Source: Chrysomallon squamiferum
Lineage: Eukaryota > Animalia > Mollusca
Length of the DNA: 64,000 nt
NCBI GenBank assembly: GCA_012295275.1
Contig: CM022668.1
Coordinates: 4,402,001 to 4,466,000 of the forward strand
Reading direction: 5' to 3'
This document shows, piece after piece, positions 47,218-63,759 of this stretch; positions within the stretch are counted from its first letter, which is position 1, and the number at the start of each line of letters is the position of its first letter. The notes under the pieces were generated by a model. That model saw only the letters and a list, made by a program, of their open reading frames with translations. It was not told the origin of the DNA and ran no database searches. Both the position numbers and the translations under genes were made by a program.

Positions 47218-50093
47218 ACACACACATATGTACGGGCATAAATACAAACTAAAGCTTGTTTTCTAACGTATTTTTTATTTCTACTTTATATAGAGGCGTC
47301 TACAACGAGTAAGTTTTTTTAATTATTTATTTATCTTCTGCTCTCTGATATAGATATTTAAAAATGCATACACTTATACGTACAGAAAGAAGGAAATACA
47401 TATACATACATACGTACATACACAGATTCATACATACAAATTTGATACAGTAGAATATTTTGTCATGAACACATAAAGATCTGCCTAAATAATTTAATGC
47501 ATGATGAACAAATTGCATCACATGTATATTTGACCATATAATTTGACTTTGTGAAACATTATTAAATTTGAAATTAAAATCTATTTCTGATGATTTATTG
47601 TGTGTGTATATATATACACTAAAAATTAATACCTTTATACAGATATACATAGATACACACACACATACACATATATACATACAAACATACATACATCAAA
47701 CACATATACGTGAAACATATATTTGTCCTTCGTGAATATACTTCATGAGCTTATATCACACATTTCTTAATATAATTAAACAAAAGTTATGTAATCACTC
47801 AAAATAGTTGGTAATGTACAAAATATGTGTGGAAAAAAATAATTAAATTAGAAAGCTAAAACTATTTGCGATTTTTTGATTTTATTTGATTATTTGAATT
47901 TTTAAACATTATATTAAAGCGCCTACGACAGGTAAGTTTTTAAATTATTAACTTATCTTCTTTATTCATATGTACATAACCAAATATGCACTACATGAAC
48001 ATCCACATACACACACACATACACACATGTATACATACACACACACATACATATATATACAGGTACAGATACATAAATACATAAATTCATTCATACGTTT
48101 ATGTCTGATTACTAAATAACATTATATGTATTTTTCATCTTTCTTACCTTGTTAAATATACCGAATACACACACACATACAAAGAAACAAACACACACAC
48201 AAACAAACAAACAAACACACACACAAACAAACAGACGCACATAGACTTTATTTACTTTGATATTTTGATTATTTCAATTTAAAAAAAAAATTATATTGTA
48301 GCCCCTACTACAAGTAAGTTGTCTAATTATTCATTTATCTTTCACATTCATATGTACACAACTAAACATACACTACACGCACGCACACACACACACACAC
48401 ACACACGCACATATATATACAGACTCACACAGACGTACACACACATACATACAGATATATACAGATACACATACATAAATACATAAATACATAAATTCGT
48501 TCATACATTTATGTCTGATTAGTAAATAGCATCATATCTATTTTTTATCTTTCTTACCTTGTAAAATATACCGAATACAAACACACACACACGCACACGC
48601 ACACACAAACAAACACACGTACATACACACCCACGTTTTTATTGTTTAAAATATTAACTAAAGCTTGTTTTCTAACATATTTTATTTCAATTTTACACTG
48701 AAGCGCCTACAACAAGTAAGTTTTTTAGTTATTGATTTATCTTCTGCTTTCAGATATAGATCTTTAGACACGTACACTGAATGTATAAATGACCATATAA
48801 ATTAACGTATATATATATATATATAGTTCAGGAGCTTATATCACATATTTCTAAATATAATTAAACAAAAGTTAAGTAATCACTAAAAATAGTTGGTACT
48901 GTAAAAAATAAATAAATTAGAAAGCTAAAACGATTTCTGATTTGTTTATTTGTTTATTTTTTTATAATTTGCATTTTTTAAATTATATTGTAGCGCCTAC
49001 AACAAGTAAGTTGTCTAATTATTCATTTATCTTTCGCATTCATATGTGCATAACTAAACATACACTACACGCTCACACAGACACACATATATATACAGAC
49101 TAACACACACACACACACATATATACAGACACACACACATACACACATATATATACAGACACACACACATACACACATATATATACACACACATACATAC
49201 AGATATATACAGATACACATACATAAATACATAAATACATAAATACATAAATTCATTCATACATTTATGTCTGATTAGTAAATAGCATCATATCTATTTT
49301 TATCTTTCTTACCTTGTAAAATATACCGAATACAAACACACACACACGCACACGCACACACAAACAAATACAGACACAAAGAAACACACACAGAAACAAA
49401 CACTCACGCACACACAAACAAACACACGCACATGCACACCCACGTTTTTATTGTTTAAAATGTTAACTAAAGCTTGTTTTCTAACATATTTTATTTCAAT
49501 TTTACACTGAAGCGCCTACAAGTAAGTTTTTTAATTATTTATTTATCTTCTGCTTTCAGATATAGATCTTTAGACACGTACACTGAATGTATATATGTAT
49601 ATATGACAATATAAATTAACGTATATATATATATATATATATAGTTCAGGAGCTTATATCACATATTTCTAAATATAATTAAACAAAAGTTATGTAATCA
49701 CTAAAAATAGTTGGTACTCTAAAAAAATAAATAAATTAGAAAGCTAAAACGATTTCTGATTTGTTTATTTTTTAATTTTTTTATAATTTGCATTTTTTAA
49801 ATTATATTGTAGCGCCTACAACAAGTAAGTTGTCTAATTATTCATTTATCTTTCGCATTCATATGTGCATAACTAAACATACACTACACGCTCACACAGA
49901 CACACATATATATACAGACACACACACACATATGTATACACACATACACACAGATATATATAGATGCACATATATAAATACATAAATACATAAATTCATT
50001 CATACATTTATGTCTGATTAGTAAATAGCATCATATCTATTTTGTATCTCTCTTACCTTGTAAAATATACCAAACACATACACAAACCAACAC

Positions 50094-50130
<37 letters not shown>

Positions 50131-50554
50131 ACACATACAAACTTACACACGCACATTCACACACACGTTTTTAATTGTTTAAAATGTTAACTAAAGGTTG
50201 TTTTCTAACATATTTTATTTCAATTTTACACTGAAGCGCCTACAAGTAAGTTTTTTAGTTATTTATTTATCTTCTGCTTTCAGATATAGATATTTAGACA
50301 CGTACACTGAAAAATAAAGAAAAATACATCCAAATATACGTAGAGAAAGAAAAAACGTACACATATATAACATACATATGTACATACACACAGTCATACA
50401 TACAGATTTGATACAACGGAATATTCAGTTCTGAACACATACAGATCTACCTGCATAAGTTAATGAATGATGAAGAAATTGCATCACATGTATATTTGAC
50501 CATATGAATTGATGTGAAAGATTATTTGAATTAAAATCTATTTCTGTTTTATAC

Positions 50555-50588
<34 letters not shown>

Positions 50589-50895
50589 AAGTGCTAAAAA
50601 TTAAAACTAATTTTTATTATTTAAACATATACGTTAAACATATTTGTCCTTGGTGAATATACTTCATGAACTTATATAACATATTTCTTAATATAATTAC
50701 ACAAAAGTTATGTAATCACTAAAAATGGTTGGTACTGTAAAAAATAATAAAATTAGAAAGCTAAAACTATTTCAGATTTTTTGATTTTTTGATTATTTGA
50801 ATTTTTTAAATTTATATTGTAGCGCCTACGACAAGTAAGTTGTCTAATTATTAATTTATCTTTCACATTCATATGTACACAACTAAACATACACT

Positions 50896-50928
<33 letters not shown>

Positions 50929-51156
50929 CACATACACACACACACACACATATATACACATACACATACACATACACACACATATATATATATAGAGAGA
51001 GACACACACACACACACACACATATATATACACACATACATACAGATATATACAGATACAAATACATGAATACATAAATTCATTCATACATTTATGTCTG
51101 ATTACTGAATAACATGATATGTATTTTTGATCTTTCTTACCTTGTTAAATATACCG

Positions 51157-51231
<75 letters not shown>

Positions 51232-53367
51232 ACAAACAAACAGACGCACATACACTTTATTTACTTTTATTTTATTTTTTGATTATTTGAATTTTTTAAA
51301 TTATATTATAGCGCCTACGACAAGTAAGTTGTCTAATTATTAATTTATCTTTCACATTCATATGTACACAACTAAACATACACTACACGCACACATACAC
51401 ATACACACACACATATATACACTCACACACATATATATACACTCACACACATATATACACTCACACACATATATATACATATATATACACTCACACACAT
51501 ATATACACATACACACATATATATACACTACACGCACACATATATACACTCACACACATATATATACACACATACACACAGATATATACAGATAAACATA
51601 CATAAATACATAAATTCATTGATACATTTATGTCTGATTACTAAATAACATCATATGTATTTTTGATCTTTCTTACCTTGTAAAATATACCAGACACACA
51701 TACACACAAACAAACAAAAACACACACACACACACAAATAAACACAGACACACAAACAAACACACATACGTTTTTAATTGTTTAAAATGTTAACTAAAGC
51801 TTGTGTTCTAACATATTTTATTTCAATTTTATATAGAAGAGCCTGCAAGTAAGTTTTTTAATTATTTATTTATCTTCAGCTTCCAGATATAGATATTTAG
51901 ACACGTACACTGAAAAATAAAGAAAAATACATCCAAATATATGTACAGAAAGAAAAAACGTACACACATTATAACATACATATGTACATACACACATTCA
52001 TACATACAGATTTGATACAACGGAATATTCAGTTCTGAACACATACAGATCTACCTGTATAAGTTAATGCATGATGAACAAATTGCATCACATGTATATT
52101 TGACCATATGAATTGATGTGAAAGATTATTTGAATTAAAATCTGTTTCTGATGTTTTATTCTATATATATATACACACACACACACACACCCTCACACAA
52201 AGTGCTAAAAATAATTTTTATTATTTAAACTATCGTTGAAACTCTTTATTAAATTTGAAGCTAACACCTATTTTAACACATACACATATATTTGTCCTTA
52301 ATGTTTATTCTTTCAAATGACGTTAAAATCTTTATTAAATTTGAAATTTAAATTTACTGATCTTTTTTCGTTTTGTTCTTTTTGTTTCTGTTTGTTATTG
52401 AAGTTCGTACAACAAGTATATTTTTGTTCTTTTTTAAATTTATTTAATACATACCTTTTTTATACATACATACATCAAAACCACATACATATAATTACGC
52501 ACGACAATACATTTGTCCTTGATGAATACACTTCATGAGCTTATATCTCATATTTTTTAATATATTAAACAGAAATTATGTGAAATGCTAAACACTAAAA
52601 TAGTTTCCAATGTTAAAAACATTCTGAAAACTTAATTAAATTAAAAACTTAAACCAATTTCTGGAATCTTCTATTTTTTATTTTATTTATCAGCCTGCAA
52701 AAAGCAAGTTTTCTAATTATAAATTTAACTTCTGCATTCATATATAGATACTTAGATAAATATATATATATTCAAACGCGAAAAAGGCATGAGCAACAAC
52801 GACAAAAAAAAAAAAAAGAAAAAAAAAAGAAAGAAAAAGAAAACAATAACAATATCCTTTTCACGACAACCAGCACACGATCATTAAAACGCACAGTGCG
52901 AAATAACACACGTGCGCCTCTTATTTACATGTTTCTAAATACTGAGTGTGAATGTTCCCTGCAGTTCTTGTATCCTTCTTGTTTGTCCTCAGCTGGAAGT
53001 TTTTCTTTGTTTGTTTGTTTGTTTTTTTTTTATATTTAATATTTATTTATTTTTTAACATTGTCTGTTGTTTTACCTGTTCTTTTACTTTTCAGTATGTG
53101 AGTACTCCTGCGTGAGAAAAGCTCGTTGTGAAAAGTTGGGCGGTGAAGAAATTGAAGGTGGTATTTGCGAGAAGGACTATTCTGTGTGTTGCAAAGGTAA
53201 TTTGACACACACACAGATACTCACACACACACACGCACACACATACACACACACACAGACACACAGACGCATACAGAGAAAAATTCTCTTTTGTGTTGTT
53301 CATCTAACGCCTTGCATCCTGCCTCCTTGCTATTTTCTCACTGTCTATCCATCTATATTTTATATTA

Positions 53368-53438
<71 letters not shown>

Positions 53439-53545
53439 GATAGATGTTATGTGTATGTATACTTTTACATATTATCAAAGTTTTAAACTTTGTAAAATGC
53501 GGTTTGCTTCTTATTTTAATTTTAGTTGAAAGCGAAGAGTATTGA
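43667..53545 (+). CDS. Secreted micro-exon protein E: signal peptide, Cys-capped coiled coil, micro-exon-encoded Thr/Pro stalk, 6-Cys beta-defensin-like domain, about 140 aa
   Basis: Exon 1 43667-43752 (MKLLLLIAVVVACLATVESHGKLRHCRR, phase 2). Exon 2 46364-46428 (LKLLKTKLCVLNKELDECESK). Phase-1 micro-exons at 46770-46781, 47294-47308, 47920-47931, 48302-48313, 48704-48715, 48994-49005, 49513-49521, 49813-49824, 50237-50245, 50823-50834, 51312-51323, 51840-51848 and 52404-52415. A 102-nt exon 53095-53196 encodes CEYSCVRKARCEKLGGEEIEGGICEKDYSVCCK. The last exon is 53526-53545 (VESEEY*). Confidence 0.8.
44450..45860 (-). mobile_element. Degenerate non-LTR retrotransposon (L1/Tx1-like) reverse-transcriptase fragment in intron 1 of gene E
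   Basis: Minus-strand translation gives decayed RT motifs in order: MKNDRIP (K-SPG-DG-like), WIEIFYK...LQNDFLSETFMLQR, YLIS*HADDTSFIL (YADD box, 45192-45203), LEYYAEISRLKIN, KIKQIKNFINIW. Many stops and frameshifts; boundaries approximate. Confidence 0.75.
47240..52760 (+). repeat. Complex tandem array of intron+micro-exon units (two unit types; ~0.7-0.8-kb higher-order period)
   Basis: Alternating units tttatttcaattttacactgaag[CGCCTAC(AAC)AA]gtaagtttt and aattatattgtag[CGCCTACAACAA]gtaagttgtctaatt; spacing e.g. 48704/49513/50237 and 48994/49813. Confidence 0.88.
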
Positions 53546-54289
53546 AGAAAGAGGGAACAGCAGTTCGATAGAGAGACATGACAGTTCCTGTAGTAAAACA
53601 TACCTTTAAGAAAGTAAAAGGTTAAAAAAAAAAAAAAAAAAAAAAATAATTATATAATAATAATTCTCTAATAAAATATACACTTTTAAATGCAATAAAA
53701 TACAACTTCATCTGATGTTATTGTTTTTTTTGTTTTGTTTTTTTGTTATTGGTAATTTATACATTTCTGTTGCTCTTATTTGCAATTATGAATTACTTTT
53801 ATTTATTCAATTACTTTTATTTTATTATTATTTTCATTTGCTAAAACTGCTAGACAGATCGACAAATATGCACACACACATATACACAAACTTGCCTGCA
53901 TTTTTCCATGCGTGGATATTTACGTACTTACGTGGATTGGAATGAACTTTTGTTATCTCACGTACGTCTGATTATGCTGCGCACAGACAACATTCACAAC
54001 TCACTGGCACGCGAGCACAAAGTGCAAAGAAGAAATCAGAATCATCGGATTCCACTGAGGACATTCCAGCCCAAGACACCCATTCGTTCGCGAACATGAC
54101 ACAAATATAAGAAACGTGTATGTAAGAAATATAGTCTGTTGAACTAAAAATCAAAACTAAAGCAGACATACAGTCACACTGTGGTGATTTTAATCACTCA
54201 CCTTCTGTCTCTGTTTGCAAGGGCGCTCATATTTACCTCCTTGCACTCTCTCGTTTAAGATAAAACTGATGCATTATGATCTATTTCAT

Positions 54290-55833
54290 TCCTGTATTTA
54301 ATTTAATTTAATTTAATTTAATTTAATTTATTTTATTTATTGATTTATTTATTATTATATTTTACTTTGCTTTGCTTTGTTTTATTTTATTTTATTATAT
54401 TTTTTTTTGTTTAACATTTATTGTATATTGTATATTATTTATTATAATATTTATTTATTTTATTTGTTTCAATTATTTTATTTTACAATTATTTTATTTT
54501 ATTTTATTTTATTTTATTTTATTTATTTATTTATTATTTTTTACTTTGCTTTATTTTATTTTATTACATTTTTTGGTTAATATTTATTGTATGTTGTATA
54601 TTATTTATTATAATATTTACTGTTTTATTTGTTTCGATTTACTTTATTTTACTTTTATTTTATTTTGTTTTATTTATTTTAGTTTATTAATTTGCTTTGT
54701 TGTATTTCATTATATTTTTTAATTTATTTTTCTATGTTTTCTATTATTTTCTTTTATTTATATATGTGTGTGTGTATTTGTGTGTGTGTGTTTTTTAAAT
54801 TATTTTCTTTTTTATTTATTTTATTCCGTTTAGTTTTGATGATGATTTTTTCCTTTATTTTTATTTATTTTGTCCTCTCCTATTTTATTTTATTTTCTTA
54901 TATTTCACTTTCCTTTACTTTAATTTATTTAACTTTAATTTAGTTGATCTCACTTTATTTTGTTTTATTTACTATTATTTCATGTTAAATTGTTTAATTT
55001 TATCTTAGTAGTTGTGATTTGATTTCGTTTAATTTTATTTCATTTCTCTTTATTTTATTTGATCCTATTTTATTTTACTTTATTTTATTTCTCTTTATTT
55101 TATTCTCTTTTATTTTATTTTATTTTAATTTGTTTTATTATTTCCTTTTTTTTAGTTTACTATATTTTATTTTATTTTTATTTTACTTTATTTTATATTA
55201 TTTTGCTATTTTATATTGTTGTTATTTTATTTTACTTTCTTTTATTTATTATTATTACAGTTTTTTTTGTCAATATTTATTATATATGATATATTGTTTA
55301 TTATTTTATTTAAATTTACATTTTGTTATTTCAATCCACTTTATTTATTTTATTTTAATTTATTAATTTTTTTTTTTTTCTGATTTCATTATTATAAATT
55401 AACTTATTTTATTTCATTTAATTTATTTAAATTATTAATCTTGTTTTCTTTGATTCCATTATATTTTTAAAATTTATTTTACTATATTTGTATTATTTTA
55501 CTGTTTTATGTTATTGTTTATTTTACTACATTTTATTGTATCATATTACAATTTTCTTTGTTAATATTTATTATATATGGTATATTATTTATTATTTTAT
55601 TTAAATTTGCATTTTGTTATTTCAATTTACTTTATTTTATTTTTTTTTACTGATTTAAATCATTAATTTTGTTTTGTTTGATTCCATTAAATTTCTACAA
55701 TTTATTTTAAATATTTTGTTATTTTATTGTCTTCAGTTTACTTTTTTTTTACTATCCTTCATTTGATTTTATTTATTTTCTGTATTTTGTTTTATTTCAC
55801 ACTATTATATAAATATATATATACACACTACTA

Positions 55834-55865
<32 letters not shown>

Positions 55866-57050
55866 TTTTGTTTTGCATTATTTTGTTCTATCCTAATTTA
55901 TTTTATTTTATTATATTTCACTTCCCTTTACGTTACTCTATTTCACTTTGTCTTGGTTGATCTGACTTTGTTTTCTTTTATTTCATATTATTTCATATTA
56001 TATTATTTTTTCTTACTTGATTTGATTTGATTTAATTTATTTCATTTCTCTTTATTTTGTTCTCTTTTATTTCATTTGATTTTAATTTGTTTTATTTTAT
56101 TTAATTTCATTCATTTTAATTCATTTCATCTTCTTTTGCTTTATTGTGTTTCATTTAATTTTTCTTTATTTTATTTTATTTTATTTTATTTTATTTCATT
56201 TCACGTTGTTTCTTTTCTGTATTTTATTTTATATCATTTTATTTCAATTTTTTTGTTTTCTTTCAGTTTATTTTATTCCGTCTATTTTTTTATTCTAATG
56301 TAGGGTTTTTTATGTTTTTTCCATTATTTTATATTACTTGAGTTTATTGCTCTTTACTTTGTTCTCTTTTATTTTATTTCCATTTGTTTTATTTTATTTT
56401 ATTGCATTCATTTATCTTACTACATTCGATCTTATGTTTCGTCCAATTTTCCTTTATTATATTTTATTTAAAGGTAGATTTAATAAAAAAAATTATTATT
56501 TTATTTCAATTTAAATTGTTTTATTTGAATATATTGCACTTTATTTTGTTTAACTTTATTGGATATAATTTTTTATCATTTTTTTAATTTTTTTTCATTT
56601 CATCTTATTTTACTTTATTTTAATTCATTTTTTTTATTTTGCTTTATTTTACTTCGTTTCTAAGTTACTTTACTTATTTATTTAGATTAGTACACTTAAT
56701 TTTATTCTTATTTTACTTTATTTCATGTTAGTTTACTACTTTATTTATTTCCGTTTATTTTATTTTTATTTTATTTTAATATATTGATTCAATTTTTTTA
56801 TTTTATTTTAAATTCTTTATGCTTTTTTAAAATTTTTATTGTATTCTAATTTAGTATATTTTATTTTATCTATACGTCACTCTAATTTTATGTCATTTTA
56901 CTTATTCTTATTTTATTTATTTTATGTTAATTTATCGTTAATATTTTAATTTATTTCACTTAATTATTATTTTATGTAGTTGTATTTATTTAAATCTATT
57001 TTATTTTACTTTGCTTTCTATTGATTTATGTAATATAATACAATATAATA
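54290..57050. repeat. Degenerate AT-rich (TTTTA)n low-complexity tract
   Basis: About 2.7 kb of T-rich pentamer variants; the source of the FILFY ORFs. Confidence 0.85.
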
Positions 57051-57363
57051 TAATATAACAGTTTAATTAATTTATATATATTTAATATATATATATATAT
57101 AGAAAAATAAAGTGAAATGATGGAAAGAAAAATAAAGTAAGATAAATAAAATAACGTAAAATATAGTTAAATAAATAATATAACCATAGAGTGAGATAAA
57201 TACAGAAATATATATAAATTAATTAAACTATGTTATATTATAATATATTATGTTATGTTATGTTATATTATATTATATTAAATAAATGAATAGAAAGCAA
57301 AGTAAAATAAAATAGATTTAAATAAAATACAACTACATATAGAAAATTATCAATAAAATCAAT

Positions 57364-57456
<93 letters not shown>

Positions 57457-57589
57457 ATGACGGAAAGAAAAATAAAGTAAGCTAAATAAAATAACGTAAA
57501 ATATAGTTAATAAATAATATAATCGTAGAGTGAGAAATATATATACACACACACATGCACTCTGTTTTTTATTTTTATTTACTGAAATA

Positions 57590-57622
<33 letters not shown>

Positions 57623-57769
57623 CTGTCCATTGTCATTTGGAAATCTCAGTTCTCTGTTGTAAAGTTTAGTTTATTGATTGAAGTTGATTAGAAAATGTTG
57701 ATTAGAACTTTAGCAGAACATGATCTCGGAAATGCACCATAACACATATAATATTCTGAAACGTGTTTC

Positions 57770-58018
57770 ATACAAATATTAGTAAACGTTTTATTCATAT
57801 GTTTCTGTATACTTAATACAAATGTTCCCTGTTGTTTATACATACTTGATTTATGGCAGCTTTCTTTTTCATAATATTTTGTGTTATTTTATGGCTTTTT
57901 TTATTATTAATTTTTTTATAACATGGTTTCTCTTATTTTTCAGAGTGTATGCGTTTGAATATGTTCAGTGTGTAAATCAAAGTTTCTATTTGTGAAAGTT
58001 TTATGCCTCTCTCGCTCG

Positions 58019-58108
<90 letters not shown>

Positions 58109-58286
58109 ATATATGTGTGGTTATACAAATAGATAGATATTTTTATATAGTACTAAATATTAGTATTGTTAAAATCGGTTTCCTTCTTATTTTTCGTTTG
58201 TTTGAACAAAGACAGAACAGCAGTACGAGTCACACAAATTACAATTCCTACTTTACAGTTGTAACTAAAAAAATAAAAGACCTATC

Positions 58287-58320
<34 letters not shown>

Positions 58321-58530
58321 AATTGTTTCCTATAATAAGATATACTATTATCTGTAATAAAACATAATTTTACATGCAATAATATATAGCTTAGTATGAC
58401 GTAATAGTCTTTGTTTTTTGTTATTGGTAATCTGTTGCACTTATTAATCTATTGTGAATTATTTATATATTTTTTTTTTATATAATTTCCAAACTGCTAG
58501 AAAGATCGACACATATACACACATACAAGG
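57770..58530 (+). pseudogene. Decayed 3' end of a further D/E-family paralog
   Basis: 57770-57945 resembles the intron preceding D's Cys exon (36030-36189). 58165-58530 resembles the D/E last exon and 3' UTR (gaacagcagtacga...ttcctactttacagtt). The Cys exon itself is deleted or degenerate. Confidence 0.55.
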
Positions 58531-58557
58531 ATATATGCATTTTTCTATCTATCTATC

Positions 58558-58666
<109 letters not shown>

Positions 58667-58869
58667 ACATACACACACACGCTATTCATGAGAGGTCAAG
58701 GATCAAAACTACTTGTGCAAATAAAAATACGCCATTAAGCTGAAGCTGTGACGACTAATGACAGATTATTTATTTGATGTCTCAAGAACAGAAAACCTTT
58801 GTTTGGAAACTAGTTCACCACCCAGATGGAGAAAATCATGCACCCCAAACATCATGTTCACGCATGTAG

Positions 58870-59160
58870 TAGAAACGTCAGCAACTGGTGTAGCCACCAT
58901 CATCATCATTCAAACATTTCTGACAACGTCGTCGTCGCATGCTGTTAACCAGGTGTTGGAAGTAGTTGCTGAGCCGATGGCTGCTGGATGTTGACGGCAG
59001 GGACGGGATGTGATGGAACTCCCCGCCCTGGTTTATCCCAGTGTGGGTGACTGCACTGTTGAATTATGCAGGCGAATGCATATGCTGAACTTTCTACTGC
59101 TGCAGGAAATCAGTGACCACTCTGGGGCTTGCGTTGTGGTCACGGAACCAAGCTCATGGT
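58870..59160 (-). mobile_element. Degenerate Tc1/mariner transposase C-terminal fragment
   Basis: The minus strand reads RDHNASPRVVTDFLQQ*KVQHMHSPA..., HWDKPGRGV..., YFQHLVNSMRRRRCQKCLNDDDGGYT. These match the Tc1 consensus segments DNARPH...VVTDFL...WPA, HLWDELGRRV and LVNSMRRRCQACI...GGHTRY. Confidence 0.75.
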
Positions 59161-59288
59161 CCAGTATACACACACATACATGTAAATACATAATGTCTAT
59201 GTGCATTGTAATCAGCTGTACGAAAGTCAGACAAGTTTTATACATAAATACATACTAGGATCCAGAGGACAGTCAGAAATATATCTCA

Positions 59289-59429
<141 letters not shown>

Positions 59430-60136
59430 TATATACTTACATAGCTATATGCATGGTATATTGATGTGTGGCTTTCACATTTCAACAAACATACATTTCT
59501 TCTTACTTTATAAAATATTAGCATCTATTATATAGTTTTTTTGTTGTTTAAAATATCTGATGGTCTTTTCTATTTATCTTGAAGCTCCTACAACAATTAA
59601 TAATTATTTGAAATTATGCTTTCATATACAGACACGCAGAAAACTACATACAAACATAGACAGAAAGGAATATTTGTTTTATTTGTTTCTGTTTTAGATG
59701 GTTAAAATAGACTGTTTTTGAAAAACACAGCACAACTGTACAAGAGAGAAACATTAACAGTCAGAACTTTATGCTTTTAACTGTAATGAAATATACTTTG
59801 ATCTATAACAAAATACACTCTAATCTTAATAAAATATTCTTTTATCTGTAATAAAATACACTTTGATATTTAATAAAATATTCTTTTTTCTGTACTAAAA
59901 TATCCTTTTACTTGTAATAAATATACTCTTACCTGTAATAAAATATCCTAATACATATTTATAATGACATTAAAATATATTCCATTTATACCAGATCTGA
60001 TTAACTTATACCACATACCCTTTCTCCCGATTCTATATAATACATACAATGTGTATGTATATATCAATCCGTGTATTTTTGTTTTGTTTTTGTGCGTCTA
60101 TGTGCATCATATGTTCGTATATATGTACGTGTGTGT

Positions 60137-60168
<32 letters not shown>

Positions 60169-60656
60169 ATTCAAAATGATGAACTAAAATAGTTTTAGAA
60201 ATTATTAATGAAATAATTAAACATCTCGCTAAATGAATGAATGAATGATGAATAAATGAATAAATTATTTTTTAAAATAGATAAATAAAAATTAAAATAA
60301 AATAAAATAAAATTGATAAATATAATTTTTTTTTAAAAAAATGATAAATAAATAAATGAACAGATAAATAAATAAATAAGCAAACAAATAAATTCATAAA
60401 CAAACAAGTCAAATAAGTACGTTAAAACGTAATTAAGTAAATTAATTAATTAACGTAACTTAGCATAACATAATAAAACAAACAAACAAACAAAAAATAA
60501 ATCGGTAACTTAAACAGCATTTCAAAGCACCATTATTTTTTTTTTTTTTGTTGTTGTTGTTAATTAATACTAAATAACACAACATGATGCGAATTAAGCA
60601 CAAAACAAACGAAAAGCAGAAACAATGTTTAACACTGCGCTTTATTCAGTGTTGTC

Positions 60657-63320
<2,664 letters not shown>

Positions 63321-63337
63321 AGATTCAGTGGTTGGGA

Positions 63338-63371
<34 letters not shown>

Positions 63372-63529
63372 TAGATAGATATATATAGATAGATAGATAG
63401 ATATATAGATAGATAGATAGATATTACTTTTTAAATTATGATCACACTTAATGTTCTTGTTGAGGTTATTCTTGTTGATTTTATTGTTGCTAAGGCTATT
63501 ATTATTATTATTATTATTATGGATGGATG

Positions 63530-63728
63530 GATACATACATACATACATACATACAGACAGACAGACAGACATACATACATACATACATACATACATACAC
63601 ACATACACACATACATACATACATACATACACACATACATACATACATACATACATACATACATACATACATACATACATACATACATACATACATACAT
63701 ACATACATACATACATACACACACACAT

Positions 63729-63759
<31 letters not shown>

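Noticed and set aside
52694-52703. Fourteenth micro-exon of gene E
   Set aside because: It is 10 nt with a GC donor and would shift the frame; treated as dead.
47240-52760. CRISPR-like regularly spaced short repeats
   Set aside because: Eukaryotic context. The spacers are long and homologous to one another, and the repeats are splice-site-flanked micro-exons.
53960-54110. Moderately GC-rich non-repetitive stretch after gene E
   Set aside because: No recognisable motif or convincing splice sites; unassigned.
54372-56587. Hydrophobic FILFY-rich ORFs resembling membrane proteins
   Set aside because: Low-complexity (TTTTA)n translation.
58758-59258. Plus-strand ORFs of 78 and 82 aa
   Set aside because: Antisense to a decayed Tc1 transposase fragment.
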